From the NCBI GenBank assembly GCA_913776195.1, contig CAJYMH010000035.1:1437-65436 (forward strand): a stretch of 64,000 nt of DNA, given 5' to 3'. Source of the stretch: an uncultured Caulobacter sp. (GTDB lineage: Bacteria > Pseudomonadota > Alphaproteobacteria > Caulobacterales > Caulobacteraceae). The translations under genes and the position numbers were made by a program. The notes beneath the pieces are model-generated. The model had not been told where the DNA came from. It ran no database searches and worked only from the letters and a program-made list of their open reading frames with translations. Positions 48,658 through 58,481 of the stretch are shown in pieces (the first letter of the stretch is position 1; each line of letters starts with the position of its first letter).

Positions 48658-48734
48658 TGGTAGCTGGAGGCGGGATCGAACCGCCGACCTGTGGGTTATG
48701 AATCCACCGCTCTAACCATCTGAGCTATCCAGCC
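48658..48734 (-). tRNA. tRNA-Met (CAT), probably elongator
   Basis: GGCTGGATAGCTCAGATGGTTAGAGCGGTGGATTCATAACCCACAGGTCGGCGGTTCGATCCCGCCTCCAGCTACCA. Lacks the initiator C1:A72 mismatch and the three anticodon-stem GC pairs; Ile2 not fully excluded. Confidence 0.9.
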
Positions 48735-48836
48735 ATAAGGCGTTCGCCCAGCACGAAGAGGCGGCGTTATAGGTTCGGTTTTTTCGAACTTCAAGCGACT
48801 TGGGAAACAGAGGCGCAAAGGCTAGGGTCCGCGCCG

Positions 48837-49862
48837 ATGAGCACCCTGCATCTTCTGGGTTCCGCCGCCGACGGCGGCGCGGAGACGTACTTCGTCAGTC
48901 TCGTCGGGGCCCTGCGCCGCGCGGGGCTCAGCGAGGCGGCCCTGATTCGCCCCCACCTCCACCGCCAGGCGGCGCTGGAGGAGATGGGGGTTTCGGTGAA
49001 AACCCTGGATTTCGGCGGGCCGCTGGACCTGTTCAGCAAGCCGCGCGCGGCGGCTTTCGCGCGACAGCAAGACGCACGGGTGATCGTGGCCTGGATGAAT
49101 CGCGCCGCCCGCCATGCACCCAAGGGGCCATGGGCGCGGGTCGGCCGTTTGGGCGGCTACTACAAGCTGAAATACTACAAGGGCTTCGACGCCCTGGTCG
49201 GCAACACGCCCGACATCGTGCGCTGGGCCATCGGCCAGGGCTGGCCGGCCGACAAGATTCGCTGCATCCCCAACTACGCCGCCCCCGGTGCGGGCAAGCC
49301 GCTGGACCGGGCGCAGTTCGATACGCCGCAGGGCGTTCCCCTGCTGCTGGGCATGGGGCGGCTGCATACGTCAAAGGCGCATGACGTCAGCCTGAAGGCG
49401 CTGACCCAGATTCCCGACGCCTATCTGTGGATCGCCGGCGCCGGGCCCCTGGAGACGCAGCTGAAAGCCCTGGCCGATGGACTGGGGGTTTCGGACCGGG
49501 TGCGGTTCCTGGGTTGGCGCAACGACGCGCCGGCGCTCTACAAGACCGCCGACCTTTGCCTGTTCCCCTCGCGCTACGAGCCACTGGGCAATGTGGTGAT
49601 CCAGAGCTGGGCGCACGGCCTGCCCATCGTGGCGGCCGACGCGCGCGGCCCGGCCGACCTGATCCGCCATGAGGAGGACGGCCTGCTGGTCCCCATGGAC
49701 GAACCCGACGCCCTGGCCGAGGCGGCGAAGCGTGTGCTGGGCGATCCCGTCCTGCGCGCCGGCATGGTCGCGGCGGGCAAGCATCGCGTGAAGGACGAGT
49801 TCAGCGAGGCCGCCGTGGTCGGCCAGTGGCGGACCCTGTTCTCCGAACTGGGAGCCCGCTGA
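48837..49862 (+). CDS. Glycosyltransferase family 4 (GT-B)
   Basis: DGGAE, MGRLHTSK, FPSRYEPLGNVVIQSW. Confidence 0.92.
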   Translation: MSTLHLLGSAADGGAETYFVSLVGALRRAGLSEAALIRPHLHRQAALEEMGVSVKTLDFGGPLDLFSKPRAAAFARQQDARVIVAWMNRAARHAPKGPWARVGRLGGYYKLKYYKGFDALVGNTPDIVRWAIGQGWPADKIRCIPNYAAPGAGKPLDRAQFDTPQGVPLLLGMGRLHTSKAHDVSLKALTQIPDAYLWIAGAGPLETQLKALADGLGVSDRVRFLGWRNDAPALYKTADLCLFPSRYEPLGNVVIQSWAHGLPIVAADARGPADLIRHEEDGLLVPMDEPDALAEAAKRVLGDPVLRAGMVAAGKHRVKDEFSEAAVVGQWRTLFSELGAR

Positions 49863-51589
49863 TGTGCGGGATCGCCGGCGTGCTGGGCAGCGAGGTCTCG
49901 GCGGCCCCGCTGATCGCCAACCTCGCCCACCGGGGACCGAACGGCGTCCGCACCGAAGATGGGCCGGGCTGGTCCATTGGCCACGCGCGGCTGTCGATCA
50001 TCGACCTGGAGGGCGGCTGGCAGCCGCTGCATGCGGCCGGCGGCACGGTGATCGGCAACGGAGAGATCTACAACTACGTCGAGCTGACCGAGGCATTCGG
50101 GCTGAAGGACCGGCTGACCACGGGCTCGGACTTCGAGCCGCTGCTGCATCTCTATGCAATGGAGGGGCCGAAGGCGTTCGAGCGCCTGCGGGGCATGTAC
50201 GCCTTCTGTTTGATCGGCGGGGACGGCCGCACCTGGCTGGTCCGCGACCGGTTCGGGATCAAGCCGCTGTACTACACGGCAGGGCCGGACGGGCTGCGGT
50301 TCGCGTCCGAGCCCCGGGCGCTGACGCGGGGCCCTATGGTCCAGGAGCGGGCGCGGGAGCTGCTGGCGCTGAACTACACGCTTGGCGAGGAGACGATCTT
50401 CGCGGGAGTGAGGCGGCTGGCGCCGGGGGCGGTGGTGGAGGTGAAGGATGGGCGGCCTTCAAACACCGCTCACCCCCGCGAAGGCGCGGGCCCATCCGAC
50501 GGTTCAGCTTGGGTCCCCGCCTTCGCGGGGATGAGCGGAAGCGAAACCAAGGCGCTCCAAACCCTCGACGCCGTCCTCGAGAACAGCGTCATGGTCCACC
50601 AGCGGTCGGACGTGCCCTATGGCCTGTTCCTGTCGGGCGGCATCGACTCCACGGCCATCGCCACCCTGATGAGCCGACTTAACGCGCGGCCGGTGACCGC
50701 CTTCACCTGCGGGTTCGACGTGGCCGAGGCTCGGGATGAGCGGTTGCAGGCCGAGAAGGTGGCGCGGGCCCTGAACCTGGACTGGCGCGAGACCACCTTC
50801 ACCGAGGCCGACTTCTGGCGTCTGGCGCCGCAAGCCGCCTGGGCGATGGACGATCCCACCAGCGACTACGCCATTCTGCCGACCCTGAAGCTGGCTGAGG
50901 CCGCCAAGGGGACCTTGACCGTGGTGCTGAGCGGCGAAGGCGGCGATGAGCTGTTCGGCGGCTATGGCCGCTATCGCCGCGCGCTACGCCCGTCCTGGCT
51001 GGGCGGGCGGGCGGCGGAGCCGCAGGTGGACGCGCCGATGCTGGCGGACGGCGGGAGGAGCGCCCTGACACGCTGGCGAGCATCCACGGCGGGAATCGAG
51101 GGAAGCCTCCTTAAGCGCTCGCAAGCCGCGGACATCGCGACCTGGCTGCCCAACGATCTGCTTCTGAAGCTCGACCGCTGCCTGATGGCGGTGGGGCTGG
51201 AGGGGCGGACGCCTTTCCTCGACCGGGAAGTGGCCGCCTTCGCCAACGCCCTGCCGGACCGGATGAAGGTGCGGGGGCGGTACGGAAAGTGGATCCTGCG
51301 CAAGTGGCTGGAGCGCGCCTGCCCGGCCGCCGATCCGTGGGGCAAGAAAAAGGGCTTCACCGTGCCCGTGGCCGCGTGGATCGCGCCGCGCGCGGCCGAC
51401 ATCGGCCCTCGCCTCGCACAGCTGAAAGCCGTGCGGGAAACCTGTGACGTGGATGCGGTCCGCTCGGTCTTCGCCGACGATGCGTACGCCGCCAAACGCT
51501 GGTCGCTGCTGTTCTTCGGCCTCTGGTCCCAGATTCATCTGGAAGATCTGGAGCCGACGGCGGCCCTGAAAACCCTGCTCGACGACTAG
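49862..51589 (+). CDS. asnB: Asparagine synthase (glutamine-hydrolysing)-family amidotransferase
   Basis: MCGIAG Ntn start, [37 protein letters not shown]; coupled to the GT4 gene. Confidence 0.92.
   Translation: MCGIAGVLGSEVSAAPLIANLAHRGPNGVRTEDGPGWSIGHARLSIIDLEGGWQPLHAAGGTVIGNGEIYNYVELTEAFGLKDRLTTGSDFEPLLHLYAMEGPKAFERLRGMYAFCLIGGDGRTWLVRDRFGIKPLYYTAGPDGLRFASEPRALTRGPMVQERARELLALNYTLGEETIFAGVRRLAPGAVVEVKDGRPSNTAHPREGAGPSDGSAWVPAFAGMSGSETKALQTLDAVLENSVMVHQRSDVPYGLFLSGGIDSTAIATLMSRLNARPVTAFTCGFDVAEARDERLQAEKVARALNLDWRETTFTEADFWRLAPQAAWAMDDPTSDYAILPTLKLAEAAKGTLTVVLSGEGGDELFGGYGRYRRALRPSWLGGRAAEPQVDAPMLADGGRSALTRWRASTAGIEGSLLKRSQAADIATWLPNDLLLKLDRCLMAVGLEGRTPFLDREVAAFANALPDRMKVRGRYGKWILRKWLERACPAADPWGKKKGFTVPVAAWIAPRAADIGPRLAQLKAVRETCDVDAVRSVFADDAYAAKRWSLLFFGLWSQIHLEDLEPTAALKTLLDD
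50466..50538. repeat. Family C REP/CIR element inside the asnB reading frame
   Basis: ccgctcacccccgcgaaggcg ... cgccttcgcggggatgagcgg, translated as [24 protein letters not shown]. Confidence 0.85.
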
Positions 51590-51602
51590 GAGGATATCCC
51601 CA

Positions 51603-52826
51603 ATGCGCCTGATCGCTCTTTTGGCCGCCTCGACCCTGATCACCGCCTGTGGCGGGGGCGGGGAGACCAAGACCGCCAACGCCGCCGCGCCCAAGGGCCC
51701 TCCGGTCCAGACCGGCCCGGCCAACACCACCTACAAGCCGGCGTTCGAGGGCCAGACCCGCGCGCCGGAGGTGAAGTCCGACGTGGCCCTGAAGGTCGAG
51801 GTGGTCGCCGACGGCCTGACCAACCCCTGGGGCCTGGCCTTCATGCCCGACGGCCGGATGCTGGTGACCGAGAAGCCCGGCCGGCTGATCATCGTGTCGC
51901 GCGACGGCCGCAAGAGCGCGCCGATCACCGGCCTGCCGCCGGTGTTAGCTGAGCGCCAGGGCGGGCTGCTGCACGTGGCCATCGACCCGAACTTCTCGTC
52001 GAACCGCCTGATCTACTGGACCTATGCCGAGCCGCGCGACGGCGGCAACGGCACGGCCGCCGCCCGCGGCCGGCTGAGCGACGACGGGACCAAGGTCGAG
52101 AACGTTCAGGTCATCTTCCGCCAGACCCCGACCATCCAGTCCGGCCTGCACTTCGGCAGCCGCCTGGCCTTCTCGCCCGACGGCAAGTTGTTCATCACCC
52201 TGGGCGAGCGCTCGATCATGGAAGGCCGCATGCAGGCCCAGCGCCTGGACGGAACGATCGGCAAGGTGGTGCGGATCAACGCCGACGGCTCGATCCCCGC
52301 CGACAATCCGTTCGTGAACACCGCCGGCGCCCGGCCGGAAATCTGGGCGATCGGCCTGCGCAACGTCCAGGGCGCGGCGATTAATCCCAAGACCGGCGAG
52401 CTTTGGACCGTCGAGCACGGCCCGCGCGGCGGCGACGAACTGAACATCCCGCGCAAGGGCAAGGACTACGGCTGGCCGACCATCACCTACGGCATCGAGT
52501 ATTCCGGCGGGCCCATCGGCGAGAGCCAGACCCAGAAGGCCGGCATGGAGCAGCCGATCTACTATTGGGACCCGGTCATCGCGCCGGGCGGCATGACCTT
52601 CTACACGGGAGAGATGTTCCCCGCCTGGAAGGGCGACGTGTTCATCGGCGGCCTGGCCTCCAGCGCTCTGGTGCGCCTGGTCATGGACGGCGAGAAGGTG
52701 GTGGGGGAGGAGCGCCTGCTTACCGACCAGGACAGCCGCATCCGCGACGTGGTCCAGGGGCCTGACGGGGCGCTGTATCTGCTGACGGATGATCGCGGGC
52801 AGGTGCTGCGGGTTTCGCCGCAGTAG
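51603..52826 (+). CDS. PQQ-dependent soluble aldose sugar dehydrogenase (YliI-like) lipoprotein
   Basis: Lipobox [43 protein letters not shown]. Confidence 0.93.
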   Translation: MRLIALLAASTLITACGGGGETKTANAAAPKGPPVQTGPANTTYKPAFEGQTRAPEVKSDVALKVEVVADGLTNPWGLAFMPDGRMLVTEKPGRLIIVSRDGRKSAPITGLPPVLAERQGGLLHVAIDPNFSSNRLIYWTYAEPRDGGNGTAAARGRLSDDGTKVENVQVIFRQTPTIQSGLHFGSRLAFSPDGKLFITLGERSIMEGRMQAQRLDGTIGKVVRINADGSIPADNPFVNTAGARPEIWAIGLRNVQGAAINPKTGELWTVEHGPRGGDELNIPRKGKDYGWPTITYGIEYSGGPIGESQTQKAGMEQPIYYWDPVIAPGGMTFYTGEMFPAWKGDVFIGGLASSALVRLVMDGEKVVGEERLLTDQDSRIRDVVQGPDGALYLLTDDRGQVLRVSPQ

Positions 52827-52840
52827 AGACCGGGTTCAAC

Positions 52841-52966
52841 TCGCCTCTCCCCGCTTGCGGGGAGAGGACAAACGTGAGGGGTTCGGCGCTTCAGCCGGCA
52901 AGGGGTTGCAAGCTGACGCTCCGCAGCCCCCTCACCCAACCCTCTCCCCCTGAGGGGGAGAGGCGA
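52841..52966. repeat. REP doublet, family B
   Basis: tcgcctctccccgcttgcggggagagg ... cccctcacccaaccctctccccctgagggggagaggcga between convergent genes. Confidence 0.85.
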
Positions 52967-52970
52967 AGTT

Positions 52971-55900
52971 TTAGCTGGCCTGCCCCTCGACGTCCCAGCG
53001 CGCCCAGAGCGGGCCGACCTCTTCGAGGGCCTTCTCCACCGAGGCGTCCTTGATGTGGCCGAAGCCGCGGATCATCTGCGGGAAGCTGGCGATGCGGCTG
53101 GCCAGGGTGATGTTGCTGTTGCTCAGGCCGCTGGCCAGGCGGTCGACGCCGGCCAGGTAGTCGTCGCGCAGCTTGCGCTCCATCCGGCGCTCGGCGGTGT
53201 ACCCGAACACGTCCAGGGCGGTGCCGCGCAGGCCCTTCATCTTCGCCATCATCGGGAAGGCGGAGGACAGCATCCAGCCGCCGAAGACCATCTTCCTGGG
53301 CTTGCCGTCGTCGCCCTTGCGGGCCAGGAGCGGCGGGGCCAGCCACAACTTCTTCTTCCCGCCCTTGAAGGTCTGGCCCAGGGTCTCGGCGAAGCGGCCG
53401 TCGGTGTAGAGGCGCGCGACCTCGTACTCGTCCTTGTAGGCCATCAGCTTGTAGAGGTTGATGGCCACGGCGCGGGTGACGGCCTCGGAGCCGAACGGCG
53501 CCTCGGCGGCGGCGATCTTCTCGACAGCCCTAAGGTAGCGGGCGGCGTAGGCCTCGTTCTGATAGCCCTTGAGGTCCCCGGCGCGCTTGGCGATCAGGTC
53601 CTGCAACGGCATGGATTCCGGCATCACCGCCTCGGGCTCGCGGCGCTTGCGGAAGCCCGGCTCGTGGGCGGCTTTGCGGCCGACCTCGAAGGCCTGGAGG
53701 TTGGCCTCGGCGTCCACGCCGTTCAGCTTGATCGCGCGATAGACGGCCCGGCTCGAGATCGGGATCAGGCCCTTCTGCCAGGCGAAGCCCAGCATGATCA
53801 TGTTGGCGTAGATGGCGTCGCCGAACTCGGCCTCGGCCAGGTGCTGCGCCGGGCAGGCGTCGAAGTCCTTGGACGCCGCCTTGATCTTGCGGCTCATGGC
53901 GTTGGAGTCGAACACCACGTCGCGGCTGGTGACGAAATCCGCCGTGGGGGCGAAGTCCGAATTGCCCAGCGCGTATGTGCGGTCCTTGGCGTAGAGCGAC
54001 AGAGCCTCCGGGCTGGCGGCCACCAGCACGTCGCAGGCGATCAGGACGTCGGCGCTGGCCGCCGGCACGCGGCCGCCGACCACGGTCTCTTCCGTCTCGC
54101 CGATCTTCACGTGCGAGAAGACCGAGCCGCCCTTCTGCGCCAGGCCGGTCATGTCGACCACGCTGGCCGAGCGGCCGTCCACGTGGGCGGCCATGGCCAG
54201 GATCGAGGCGACCGTGGTCACGCCCGTGCCGCCGATGCCGGTGAACAGGATCTTGCGCGTGCCTACCAGCGGCAGGAATTCCGGCAGAGGGGTGGAGTCG
54301 GCGGTCAGCGCCGGCATGCCCTTGGCCTTGGCGTTCTCGGCCCCCGTCAGAGTGACGAAGGACGGGCAGAAGCCCTCCAGGCACGAATAGTCGGCGTTGC
54401 AGCTGGACTGGTTGATCTTGCGCTTGCGGCCGTACTCGGTGGCCAGAGGCTCGACCGAGACGCAGTTCGACTTCTTCGAGCAGTCGCCGCAGCCTTCGCA
54501 GACAAGCGGGTTGATGAAGACCTTCTGCTCCGCCTTGGCCATGGAGCCGCGCTTGCGGCGGCGGCGCTTTTCGGTGGCGCAGGTCTGATCGTAGAGCAGG
54601 ACCGTCGTGCCGGGCGTCTCTCGCAGTTCGCGCTGCACGGCCATCAGGTCCGAACGGGGGCGGACCACGACGCCGGGGGCCAGGTCGTTGACGCCCTCGT
54701 AGCGCTTGACGTCGTCGACGACGATGACGGTCTTGGTGACGCCTTCCGACGCCAGCTGGCGGGTGATCTGGGCGGGGGTGAAGCCGCTTTCGGCCCGCTG
54801 GCCGCCGGTCATGGCCACGGCGTCGTTGAACAGCAGCTTGTAGGTTATGTTCGCGCCGCTCGCGACCGCGCCGCGGATGGCGAGCGAGCCGGAGTGGTTG
54901 TAGGTGCCGTCCCCCAGGTTCTGGAAGATGTGCTTTTCACTGGTGAACGGCGCCGCGCCGACCCAGGTCAGCCCCTCGCCGCCCATGTGGGTGTTGAGGT
55001 CTGTGTTCGGGTCGTTGAAGGCCGCCATGTAGTGGCAGCCGATGCCGGCCAGGGCGCGCGACCCCTCCGGCAGCTTGGTCGAGGTGTTGTGCGGGCAGCC
55101 CGAGCAGAAGAACGGCTTGCGCTGCTGGTCCGAGGCCAGGGACACGGCGGCGACGCCGGCGGCCGAGACGCGGTCCAGATAGGCGCGGGCGCGCTCCATA
55201 TGAGGGCCGTCGGGCAGGCGGTCGGCGATGGCCAGGGCGATTTCGGCCACCGACAGCGAGCCCAACTCCGACAGCAGGGGCAGGCCGCGCTCGTCGGTCT
55301 TGCCGATGATCTTCGGGCGCGCATGGTCGGGCATGTCGTAGAGGGCGGCGCGAGCCTGCGGCTCGATCATCGCGCGCTTGTGCTCGATGATCATCATGGT
55401 CTCGAGCCCGCCGGCGAAGGCGCGAATGCCCGTCTGCTCCAGCGGCCAGGGCATGCCGACCTTGTAGACGGCGACGCCGAGGGCTGCGGCCTCCTCCAGG
55501 GAGATGTTCATGGCCCCGAAGGCTTCCAGCACGTCCTTGTAGGCCTGGCCGGTGCAGACGATGCCGAAGCGCGGGCGGGCGGCGTTGACCACCACGCGGT
55601 CGATCTTGTTGGCGCGGGCGAAGGCCAGGGCCGCCGGGATCTTGTGGAGCCGCATGCGCCGCTCCTTCTCCATCGGCTGGTCCTTGGTGCGGATGCCGAG
55701 ACCGCCGGGCGGCATGGAGAAGTTGTCGGGGGTGACGATGCGGTGGCGATCCAGCGAGACGTCGATGGTAACGCCTGAGTCCATGGTGTCGGCCAGGGCG
55801 ATCATCCCGACCCACAGGCCGGAGAAGCGCGACATGGCTATGCCCATCAGGCCGTAGTCGAGAACCTCTTGCACGTCGGCCGGCGACAGCACCGGAATCT

Positions 55901-56399
55901 CGAAATCCATGAAGGCGAAGTCCGACTGCGACGGCAGGGTCGAGGACTTGCAGTTATGGTCGTCGCCGGCCACGGCCAGGACACCGCCCTTGGGGAAGAC
56001 GCCGGCGAAATTGGCGTGCTTGAACACGTCGCCGGTACGGTCGACGCCGGGCGCCTTGCCGTACCACATGCCAAAGACGCCATCATAGAGCGCGGTAGGG
56101 AACAGGTTGGCCTGCTGGCTGCCCCACACGGCGGTGGCGGCCAGGTCCTCGTTGACGCCTTCCTTGAAGGTGACCTTGGCCGCGTCGAGGAATTTCTTCG
56201 CCCGGCCGGCCTGCTGGTCCAGGCCGCCCAGGGGCGAGCCGCGGTAGCCGGACACAAAGCCCGCCGTATTCAGTCCGGCCTTCTCGTCGAGGCGACGCTG
56301 ATCGAGCATCACGCGGATGAGCGCCTGCACGCCAGTTACGAACGCACGGCCATCCTGGAGCAGATATTTGTCGTCGAGCGTCACTTCAGCGTGCCGCAT
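52971..56399 (-). CDS. Indolepyruvate:ferredoxin oxidoreductase family (fused alpha/beta) protein
   Basis: SGYRGSPLGG, FCSGCPHN, GDGTYNHSG TPP motif, CEGCGDC, GLAQKGG, YKDEYEVARL. Confidence 0.95.
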   Translation of the reverse strand: MRHAEVTLDDKYLLQDGRAFVTGVQALIRVMLDQRRLDEKAGLNTAGFVSGYRGSPLGGLDQQAGRAKKFLDAAKVTFKEGVNEDLAATAVWGSQQANLFPTALYDGVFGMWYGKAPGVDRTGDVFKHANFAGVFPKGGVLAVAGDDHNCKSSTLPSQSDFAFMDFEIPVLSPADVQEVLDYGLMGIAMSRFSGLWVGMIALADTMDSGVTIDVSLDRHRIVTPDNFSMPPGGLGIRTKDQPMEKERRMRLHKIPAALAFARANKIDRVVVNAARPRFGIVCTGQAYKDVLEAFGAMNISLEEAAALGVAVYKVGMPWPLEQTGIRAFAGGLETMMIIEHKRAMIEPQARAALYDMPDHARPKIIGKTDERGLPLLSELGSLSVAEIALAIADRLPDGPHMERARAYLDRVSAAGVAAVSLASDQQRKPFFCSGCPHNTSTKLPEGSRALAGIGCHYMAAFNDPNTDLNTHMGGEGLTWVGAAPFTSEKHIFQNLGDGTYNHSGSLAIRGAVASGANITYKLLFNDAVAMTGGQRAESGFTPAQITRQLASEGVTKTVIVVDDVKRYEGVNDLAPGVVVRPRSDLMAVQRELRETPGTTVLLYDQTCATEKRRRRKRGSMAKAEQKVFINPLVCEGCGDCSKKSNCVSVEPLATEYGRKRKINQSSCNADYSCLEGFCPSFVTLTGAENAKAKGMPALTADSTPLPEFLPLVGTRKILFTGIGGTGVTTVASILAMAAHVDGRSASVVDMTGLAQKGGSVFSHVKIGETEETVVGGRVPAASADVLIACDVLVAASPEALSLYAKDRTYALGNSDFAPTADFVTSRDVVFDSNAMSRKIKAASKDFDACPAQHLAEAEFGDAIYANMIMLGFAWQKGLIPISSRAVYRAIKLNGVDAEANLQAFEVGRKAAHEPGFRKRREPEAVMPESMPLQDLIAKRAGDLKGYQNEAYAARYLRAVEKIAAAEAPFGSEAVTRAVAINLYKLMAYKDEYEVARLYTDGRFAETLGQTFKGGKKKLWLAPPLLARKGDDGKPRKMVFGGWMLSSAFPMMAKMKGLRGTALDVFGYTAERRMERKLRDDYLAGVDRLASGLSNSNITLASRIASFPQMIRGFGHIKDASVEKALEEVGPLWARWDVEGQAS

Positions 56400-56542
56400 T
56401 GAAATATCTTTCCTTCCCAGTTTTCTTTTTGTATCTGCACGATCATACAACCGTGGGGGAAATGCTTGCCAAAGCCATGCCCGCCACGTGGGCTTTACAG
56501 GCAAGAAGAACGCCCGAACGGGCGAAATTGGGGGAGTAAATT

Positions 56543-57040
56543 TTGTCCGAAGCGCTCGATGCCGTTGACGCCAAAATTCTAGACCTGATCCAACACGACG
56601 CCGCGCTGTCGGTTGCTGAGATCGCCGAACGGGTCGGTCTTTCGTCCAGCCCCTGCTGGCGCCGCATCAAGCGCCTGGAAGACGCCGGCATCGTGCAGCG
56701 CCGGGTGACCATCCTGGACCGCGAGCGCCTAGGCCTGAATTTCGAGGTCTACTGCACGATCAAGCTGTCCCTGCCGAGCAAGGACAACCTCGACCACTTC
56801 GACGCCGCCGTTCAGAAGTGGCCGGAAGTGGTGCAGTGCGCCACCGTCACCGGGGCCGCCGACTACGAACTGCGCATCGTCACCCGCGACATGCACGCCT
56901 TCGACGAGTTCATGCGCGAGAAGATCCTGTCCCTGGGCCTGGTCTCGAACATCGAGAGCCGGATCGTTATCCGCCCGGTGAAGAACAGCACCGCCGTACC
57001 GCTCGGCCTAGTCAGCCCGTACGTCAGCCCGCACTCCTGA
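56543..57040 (+). CDS. Lrp/AsnC family transcriptional regulator
   Basis: DAKILDLIQ..VGLSSSPCWRRIKRLE HTH; divergent from ior across an AT-rich spacer. Confidence 0.95.
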   Translation: MSEALDAVDAKILDLIQHDAALSVAEIAERVGLSSSPCWRRIKRLEDAGIVQRRVTILDRERLGLNFEVYCTIKLSLPSKDNLDHFDAAVQKWPEVVQCATVTGAADYELRIVTRDMHAFDEFMREKILSLGLVSNIESRIVIRPVKNSTAVPLGLVSPYVSPHS

Positions 57041-57044
57041 GGCG

Positions 57045-57251
57045 ATGAAGGCCTACCGCTACATCACGGGCCCTGATGACTCGGCGTTCTGCCACCGGGT
57101 CACCAAGGCGCTGAGCGAGGGCTGGTCCCTTTACGGCGGGCCGACCCTGACCTTTGACGCGCTGCAAGGGCGGGTCATTTGTGGGCAAGCGATCATCAAG
57201 GACGTCGACGGCGTGGACTATTCGCCGGAGATGAAGCTCTCGGAGCTTTAG
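57045..57251 (+). CDS. DUF1737 family protein
   Basis: YRYITGPDDSAFCHRVT..GWSLYGGP..CGQAI. Confidence 0.88.
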   Translation: MKAYRYITGPDDSAFCHRVTKALSEGWSLYGGPTLTFDALQGRVICGQAIIKDVDGVDYSPEMKLSEL

Positions 57252-57311
57252 GCTCCAAGACACGTCGCAAAAACCCAATATCATGGCGGTCTAGCTTAAG
57301 AGGGCCTCCCC

Positions 57312-58208
57312 ATGATCGAACTTGTCATCGACCAGCGCCGCAAGGATCTCGGGGGTTTCGAGGTCGGGCGCGTCCTGCCCTATGCGCCGCGCCGCATGGT
57401 CGGCCCCTTCATCTTCTTCGACCACATGGGCCCGGCCAGCTTCGAGCCCGGCTTCGGCCGCGAGGTGGACGTGCGCCCGCACCCGCACATCGGCCTATCG
57501 ACCCTGTCCTACCTGTTCGAGGGAGAGATGACCCATCGCGACAGCGTCGGGTCGGAGATCGACATCCGCCCGGGCGAGGTGAACTGGATGACCGCCGGGT
57601 CGGGCATCACCCATTCGGAGCGGTTCGAGACCCTGCGCCGCGACGGCGGCAAGATGGACGGCATCCAGACCTGGCTGGCCCTGCCGACCGACAAGGAGGA
57701 GATCGACCCGGCTTTCTCGCACCACTCGGGCCAGGATGATCTGCCGTTCTACGAGTCCGGCGGCCTGTCGGCGCGGCTGGTGGCGGGCGAGGCCTTTGGC
57801 GCCAAGGCCAAGGTGCCGGTCTATTCTCCCACCTTCTACGTCCACTGGGAGATGGCCGCCGGGACCAAGGCCGGCCTGCCCGCCGAGTACTCCGAGCGCG
57901 CCGCCTATGTGGCCAAAGGCCAGGTCGAGATCGCCGGCCAGACTATCCATACCGGCCAGATGGCCGTGTTCGCGCCGGGCGACACGGTCACCTTTCTCGC
58001 CATCGAGCCGTCGACCGTCATGCTGCTGGGCGGCGAGCCGCTGGGCCCGCGCTTCATCGAGTGGAACTTCGTCTCGTCGTCCAAGGACCGCATCGAGCAG
58101 GCCAAGGCGGACTGGCGGGCCGGGCGCATGAAGCTGCCGGACCTGGACCACGACGAGTTCATCCCCCTGCCCGGCGACCCGCCGCCGCCGGCCAATCCGA
58201 TGTCTTGA
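57312..58208 (+). CDS. Pirin family protein
   Basis: GPFIFFDHMGP, RPHPHIGL, NWMTAGSGITHSE, WNFVSS. Confidence 0.95.
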   Translation: MIELVIDQRRKDLGGFEVGRVLPYAPRRMVGPFIFFDHMGPASFEPGFGREVDVRPHPHIGLSTLSYLFEGEMTHRDSVGSEIDIRPGEVNWMTAGSGITHSERFETLRRDGGKMDGIQTWLALPTDKEEIDPAFSHHSGQDDLPFYESGGLSARLVAGEAFGAKAKVPVYSPTFYVHWEMAAGTKAGLPAEYSERAAYVAKGQVEIAGQTIHTGQMAVFAPGDTVTFLAIEPSTVMLLGGEPLGPRFIEWNFVSSSKDRIEQAKADWRAGRMKLPDLDHDEFIPLPGDPPPPANPMS

Positions 58209-58253
58209 TCCATCGCAAAGCTGCGCCGAAGAAGCCGCTTGCCGACTCCATAC

Positions 58254-58270
58254 TTGCAAGTCATTCTCAA
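58254..58270 (+). promoter_or_regulatory. Putative Fur (iron) box
   Basis: TTGCAAGTCATTCTCAA, an imperfect palindrome of the TGCGAnTnATTCTCA type. Confidence 0.6.
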
Positions 58271-58294
58271 TATCGACTTGAGAAGGAGATGGCG

Positions 58295-58450
58295 ATGGTC
58301 CTTCGAACGGTGGGCGCAGCCGCCCTGGCCCAGCTGATGAAGACGGATCGCGAGGTCGATCTGGACAGCGAATGGCTGCTGTTCGGGCCGACCGATCCTG
58401 AGATCGTGGAAGAGCCGGAGAGGGTGCGGCTGCTGCTGGCGGCGGAGTAG
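58295..58450 (+). CDS. Small acidic hypothetical protein (51 aa)
   Basis: AAGGAG RBS; MVLRTVGAAALAQLMKTDREVDLDSEWLLFGPTDPEIVEEPERVRLLLAAE; GC3-rich codons; alternative ATG 58289. Confidence 0.65.
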   Translation: MVLRTVGAAALAQLMKTDREVDLDSEWLLFGPTDPEIVEEPERVRLLLAAE

Positions 58451-58451
58451 C

Positions 58452-58477
58452 TCTCCCGCCCCGCAAGGGGCAGGAGA
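58452..58477. repeat. Collapsed family A-like hairpin between convergent genes
   Basis: tctcccgcccc-gcaa-ggggcaggaga. Confidence 0.5.
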
Positions 58478-58481
58478 AGCA

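Noticed and set aside
49862-51589. Lasso peptide cyclase
   Set aside because: Has an intact Ntn glutaminase N-terminus (MCGI); no B protein or precursor peptide nearby
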